In this document: in pieces, positions 60,731 through 64,000 of the stretch
Position numbering within the stretch: position 1 is the first letter of the stretch
Layout: the number at the start of each line of letters is the position of its first letter
From: an uncultured Rhodoluna sp.
GTDB taxonomy: Bacteria > Actinomycetota > Actinomycetes > Actinomycetales > Microbacteriaceae
DNA length: 64,000 bases
Direction of reading: 5' to 3'
Assembly (NCBI GenBank): GCA_964439235.1
Contig: CAYTNT010000002.1
Span: 28-64,027 of the forward strand
The notes under the pieces: model-generated
The model's input: only the letters and a program-made list of their open reading frames with translations
Told to the model about the DNA's origin: nothing
Database searches by the model: none
Program-made: the position numbers and the translations under genes

Positions 60731-61312
60731 CTAGCGCAACGCGATGATCGCGGCCACAAGCACGAAGACCAGCGCGAGTCCGCGGTTAAGCATCCTCTGG
60801 TTTTGACCTCTACTGATCCACCTGCGAATCGGTAGGGCGAGCGCTACGTATCCCGCGCTAATTGCGGTGAATCCGATTGTGATGATTGCGCTCAAAATAA
60901 GCGGGTCGGTGGTGGTGGTTACCTGCGGCACAATCGCGACATAGAACAGCATCGCCTGTGGGTTGCTTACCGCCGTGGTGAAGGCGACGCCAAAGTTTTG
61001 GCCGAACTGGGTTTCACTGCTCGAGTCAGCCAGTGGCTCCCGTGTCCAAAGTCGATAGGCCCGCCACAGCAAGAATCCGCAACCAAAGACTTTCATCGCT
61101 ATGAATGTCTGCGGTGCCGCGGTGAGCAAAACACTCAGCCCAAAGAAGGCGAGCAACAGCAGGATTACCTTTGCCGTGGTGATGCCCAGCGAAATCGGTA
61201 TCGCCGACTTCCAGCCGCGAGCTAGCGTGGTCGAAACCAGCAACGCGGTATCCGCACCCGGTGCGGCTGCTGCCACAATCCAGACACTCGCGAAGAGCCA
61301 ATACGAATCCAC
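60731..61312 (-). CDS. LysE/RhtB-family translocator
   Basis: APGADTALLV..G, MKVFGCGFLLW, SNPQAMLFY. Confidence 0.88.
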   Translation of the reverse strand: MDSYWLFASVWIVAAAAPGADTALLVSTTLARGWKSAIPISLGITTAKVILLLLAFFGLSVLLTAAPQTFIAMKVFGCGFLLWRAYRLWTREPLADSSSETQFGQNFGVAFTTAVSNPQAMLFYVAIVPQVTTTTDPLILSAIITIGFTAISAGYVALALPIRRWISRGQNQRMLNRGLALVFVLVAAIIALR

Positions 61313-61420
61313 GTCTTCATACTAGGGATGTTGGATTGTGGAGACTGGCCTTCAATGCTGGGGCTACTCGCCGTCGATCGGGTCTTGATGACGTTCGAGT
61401 CCTCACCACTTAATCTAAGC

Positions 61421-61448
61421 AAACAAAAAGACCGCCCCAAAGGCGGTC
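61421..61448 (-). terminator. Terminator following the duplicated tRNA 3' end
   Basis: GACCGCC / GGCGGTC stem with a minus-strand T-tract. Confidence 0.75.
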
Positions 61449-61456
61449 GTTTCGTT

Positions 61457-61468
61457 TGCGGAGAATGG
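61457..61468 (-). repeat. 12-bp copy of the tRNA-Ser 3' end
   Basis: TGCGGAGAATGG is identical to 61566-61577. Confidence 0.8.
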
Positions 61469-61526
61469 CCCTAAATCGCTTCGCGATTCAGGAACCAGGG
61501 AACCCGGTTCTCATCGCCCCAACCCC

Positions 61527-61566
61527 AGAAATGAAAAACGACCCACAAGGGGTCGTTGTCATTTCT
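61527..61566 (-). terminator. Terminator directly after tRNA-Ser
   Basis: AACGACCC / GGGTCGTT stem extended by AGAAATGA / TCATTTCT. Confidence 0.75.
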
Positions 61567-61567
61567 G

Positions 61568-61652
61568 CGGAGAATGGGGGATTCGAACCCCCGAGGGCTT
61601 GCACCCAACGCGCTTTCCAAGCGCGCGCCATAGGCCACTAGGCGAATTCTCC
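61568..61652 (-). tRNA. tRNA-Ser(GGA)
   Basis: Acceptor GGAGAAT/ATTCTCC with discriminator G. Anticodon arm CGCGC-TTGGAAA-GCGCG, long variable arm, T-arm GGGGG-TTCGAAT-CCCCC. CCA is not encoded. Confidence 0.96.
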
Positions 61653-61755
61653 TGATTTGCAAGAAATCGGTGTTTTCTTTTGTGAGTTTATCGACACCGG
61701 TTGTGGTCTCGCTCACCGCGTCGCCATAGCTTGGCGCCGCGCTCGGAGCTCGCTG

Positions 61756-61771
61756 GGCGAATTCTCCTGAT
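61756..61771 (-). repeat. 16-bp copy of the tRNA-Ser 5' end
   Basis: GGCGAATTCTCCTGAT is identical to 61641-61656. A minus-strand -10 TAGAAT at 61791-61796 precedes this copy. Confidence 0.85.
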
Positions 61772-61938
61772 GCCTTGCGGCAACCAGCAAATTCTACCCG
61801 AACCAATTACGGCCGCCCGCTGAAGATCATCCCGCCAACCGGCAAGTGTTACGAATTGTTTGCCAAACTCAGCTCAAGATTCAGGAAATCATCCGTAAAC
61901 TATTACTTGTTTACGCAAAAAATCCGCAAACCGAGGTA

Positions 61939-64000
61939 ATGATGCAGAAAAAAGCCCGAATTCTGATTGACCAAGCTCACCAGCAGGCATGGGCAGTTAA
62001 GCCCGAAGTCGCCGCAGTCATGAACCCGGCGAACCCAGCAGATGCCAGCTACGCAAAGATGGCTGCGCTCGCCGCATCCCACGACTTTGAAATCGAACTG
62101 CACGAGAGCGGCCTGTTCACTGATGAGGCTCTGCAGAACGCCGACATTCTTGTTATTCCGCACGCTTCGTCACCCGAGTGGGAGCAGACCATTCAGGTTG
62201 GTTCGGCCCAGTTCACCGCCAATGAGCTCACCGCGATCGAGCGTTTCGTTGCCGCCGGCGGAGCTCTGCTGTTGCTTGCCGAGACCGAGCAGCCAAAGTA
62301 CGGCAACAACTTCGCCGCTCTAGCGCAGAAGTTCGGCGTCACCATCGAAAACGCCACAGTTCAAGACCCTGACAACAGCTTCAAAGAGGTGCCGACCTGG
62401 GTCAAGCCGCAGTTCGAGCGCCTGACCGAATCCGACTTTGCTTTCAAGGTCGAGTCGGTAGCCCTCTACCGCGCCGGCGCACTGAAGGTCGATGACAGCG
62501 CAACCGCCGAGGTCTTCATGCGCTCGAGCGAGCACGCCCTGCCGGCTCAGGCCGCGTTGGGCGTCGCCGTCAAGCACGAGGCTGGCCGCGTTGTGGTGCT
62601 GGCCGATTCGGACGTCTTCGGCGACGACTCAATCGACGACGTTGACAACCAGCAGCTCTGGCTGAACATCGCCGGTTGGCTGTCGAACGCCAAGGCCGCT
62701 TCGCTTGCCGGCAAATCCAAGGATGCCCGCTGGGCCGCATCCGACGCTCGCTGGCTCAAGTTGGCTGCCGCAATCGAGGAGCTTCGCCCGATGCAGGCCA
62801 AGGACGGCTCGATTGACGCATCCGAGCACGACCACGCGGCTGCAAGCCGACTGCTCGACCAGGTTCTCGAGGCAATCGACGAGCTGGCGCCTCAATTTGC
62901 CCACCAAACCGCCTATTTTGAAGCGGTCAAAATTGACCTGAACAACTGGCGTGCCAACGGTTTTGGCGTGCCTGACTTTTATGACTCGCTCGAGCTGTTC
63001 CGCCCGGATCAGCACCGTCGAAACAACGTAGAGCACCTCGCCGTGTTCTCGATGTACACCCAGAACGGCAACCCGAACCGCAACCTCGAGGCCGTAATCA
63101 CCAACACCTTCTGGCCAGACTGGCTCGCCGACAAAGAGAAGAAGTACAACAACCCGGCCTTCATCCCTATCGAGTTCGTGGCGTTCACCAACGGATACGA
63201 CACCAACTCGGCCGTGTTCTTTCCTGAGACCGTCGCAACCCGCTCGGTTGCCACCTACTACTGGGGTGGGATTTTCTGCGACCGCGAGGCCGCTCGATTC
63301 CGTCGAGTCAGCAGCGCAGCCAAGGAACTGCTGTACCTGCCACTACCTGCCGACGCCGAGCGCCTGGTTTGCGACCAGCAGCTCGCGCAAGAGACCTTCG
63401 TGCTCTGGGACCTAATCCACGACCGCACCCACTCGCGCGGCGACCTACCATTCGACCCGTTCATGATCAAGCAGCGCATGCCGTTCTGGATGTACGCACT
63501 CGAAGAACTGCGCTGTGACCTCTCGACCTTCCGCGAGACCCTGGTTCTCGAGTCCGATGGCGACCCACGCGCCAAGTACATGCGCTACGCAATCCTGTTC
63601 GACCGCCTGTTCCGATTCCCAATCACCGGCGGACGCGTTCGCAACTACGACGGCCTCGGCGGGCAAATCATCTTCGCCCACCTGCACAAGACCGGCGCCT
63701 TGCACTGGACTGACAACCGACTCGCATTCGACTGGGATGCCGTAACGCGCGAAGTAGTTGTGCTGTGCGAGCAGGTCGAGAAGCTGTACCACGACGGCAT
63801 CAACCGCTCGAGACTTGCACAGTGGATCTCGGCCTACGAGTTCGTGACATCGCTCGTGCAGCCGCATCCTGCATCGACTTGGGCCAAGGGCGTTGAACAC
63901 CTGCCGACCGATGGCGAGCTCAAGGGTCTGGTGAACCTCGTGCTCGACGACGAGTTCCCGCTGAACGTGTTCTTCGAGACCCTGAACCGCAAGCTTTCTG
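61939..64000 (+). CDS. DUF6421-type protein with N-terminal GATase-like (DUF4350/GIFT-like) domain; 3'-truncated and absent from the ORF track
   Basis: GAGG SD, then MMQKKARILIDQAHQQAW... The frame appears open to the window end and contains MYTQNG, GYDTNSAVFFPE, WGGIFCDREAARF, WDLIHDRTH, LEELRCDL, RNYDGLGGQ. Confidence 0.85.
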   Translation, partial: MMQKKARILIDQAHQQAWAVKPEVAAVMNPANPADASYAKMAALAASHDFEIELHESGLFTDEALQNADILVIPHASSPEWEQTIQVGSAQFTANELTAIERFVAAGGALLLLAETEQPKYGNNFAALAQKFGVTIENATVQDPDNSFKEVPTWVKPQFERLTESDFAFKVESVALYRAGALKVDDSATAEVFMRSSEHALPAQAALGVAVKHEAGRVVVLADSDVFGDDSIDDVDNQQLWLNIAGWLSNAKAASLAGKSKDARWAASDARWLKLAAAIEELRPMQAKDGSIDASEHDHAAASRLLDQVLEAIDELAPQFAHQTAYFEAVKIDLNNWRANGFGVPDFYDSLELFRPDQHRRNNVEHLAVFSMYTQNGNPNRNLEAVITNTFWPDWLADKEKKYNNPAFIPIEFVAFTNGYDTNSAVFFPETVATRSVATYYWGGIFCDREAARFRRVSSAAKELLYLPLPADAERLVCDQQLAQETFVLWDLIHDRTHSRGDLPFDPFMIKQRMPFWMYALEELRCDLSTFRETLVLESDGDPRAKYMRYAILFDRLFRFPITGGRVRNYDGLGGQIIFAHLHKTGALHWTDNRLAFDWDAVTREVVVLCEQVEKLYHDGINRSRLAQWISAYEFVTSLVQPHPASTWAKGVEHLPTDGELKGLVNLVLDDEFPLNVFFETLNRKLS

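Overview
This 64-kb window is densely coding, about 60% GC by eye, and from an actinobacterium. Gene style and content suggest a streamlined Microbacteriaceae member (Rhodoluna/Aquiluna-like), which is an inference. It holds about 54 CDS and one tRNA-Ser(GGA). I saw no CRISPR array, transposase or integrase. The main candidate for a new system is a 12.5-kb locus at 24469-36971. It encodes an APC permease, an MppR/Sbi00515-type ADC-like enzyme, a non-canonical GlnA-like gamma-glutamyl ligase, two class I glutamine-amidotransferase-fold hydrolases, a P450 with ferredoxin and reductase, MarR, and HpaE/HpaD/HpaG-like ring-cleavage enzymes. Six copies of an 18-bp palindrome (TCGTTTG-N4-CAAACGA) sit at its promoters. 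The gene set fits an amine-oxidase-independent 'glutamylate first, then hydroxylate and cleave the ring' route for arylalkylamines such as tyramine or dopamine; this is a hypothesis. Other notable items: a ROK-regulated xyloside/glucoside locus, a tRNA with both ends duplicated, strong GCATCC/GGATGC over-representation, a candidate pseudoknot leader, many leaderless genes, and a DUF6421-type fusion protein with M49-peptidase-like motifs that the ORF track missed. All family calls come from motif recognition; no database search was run.
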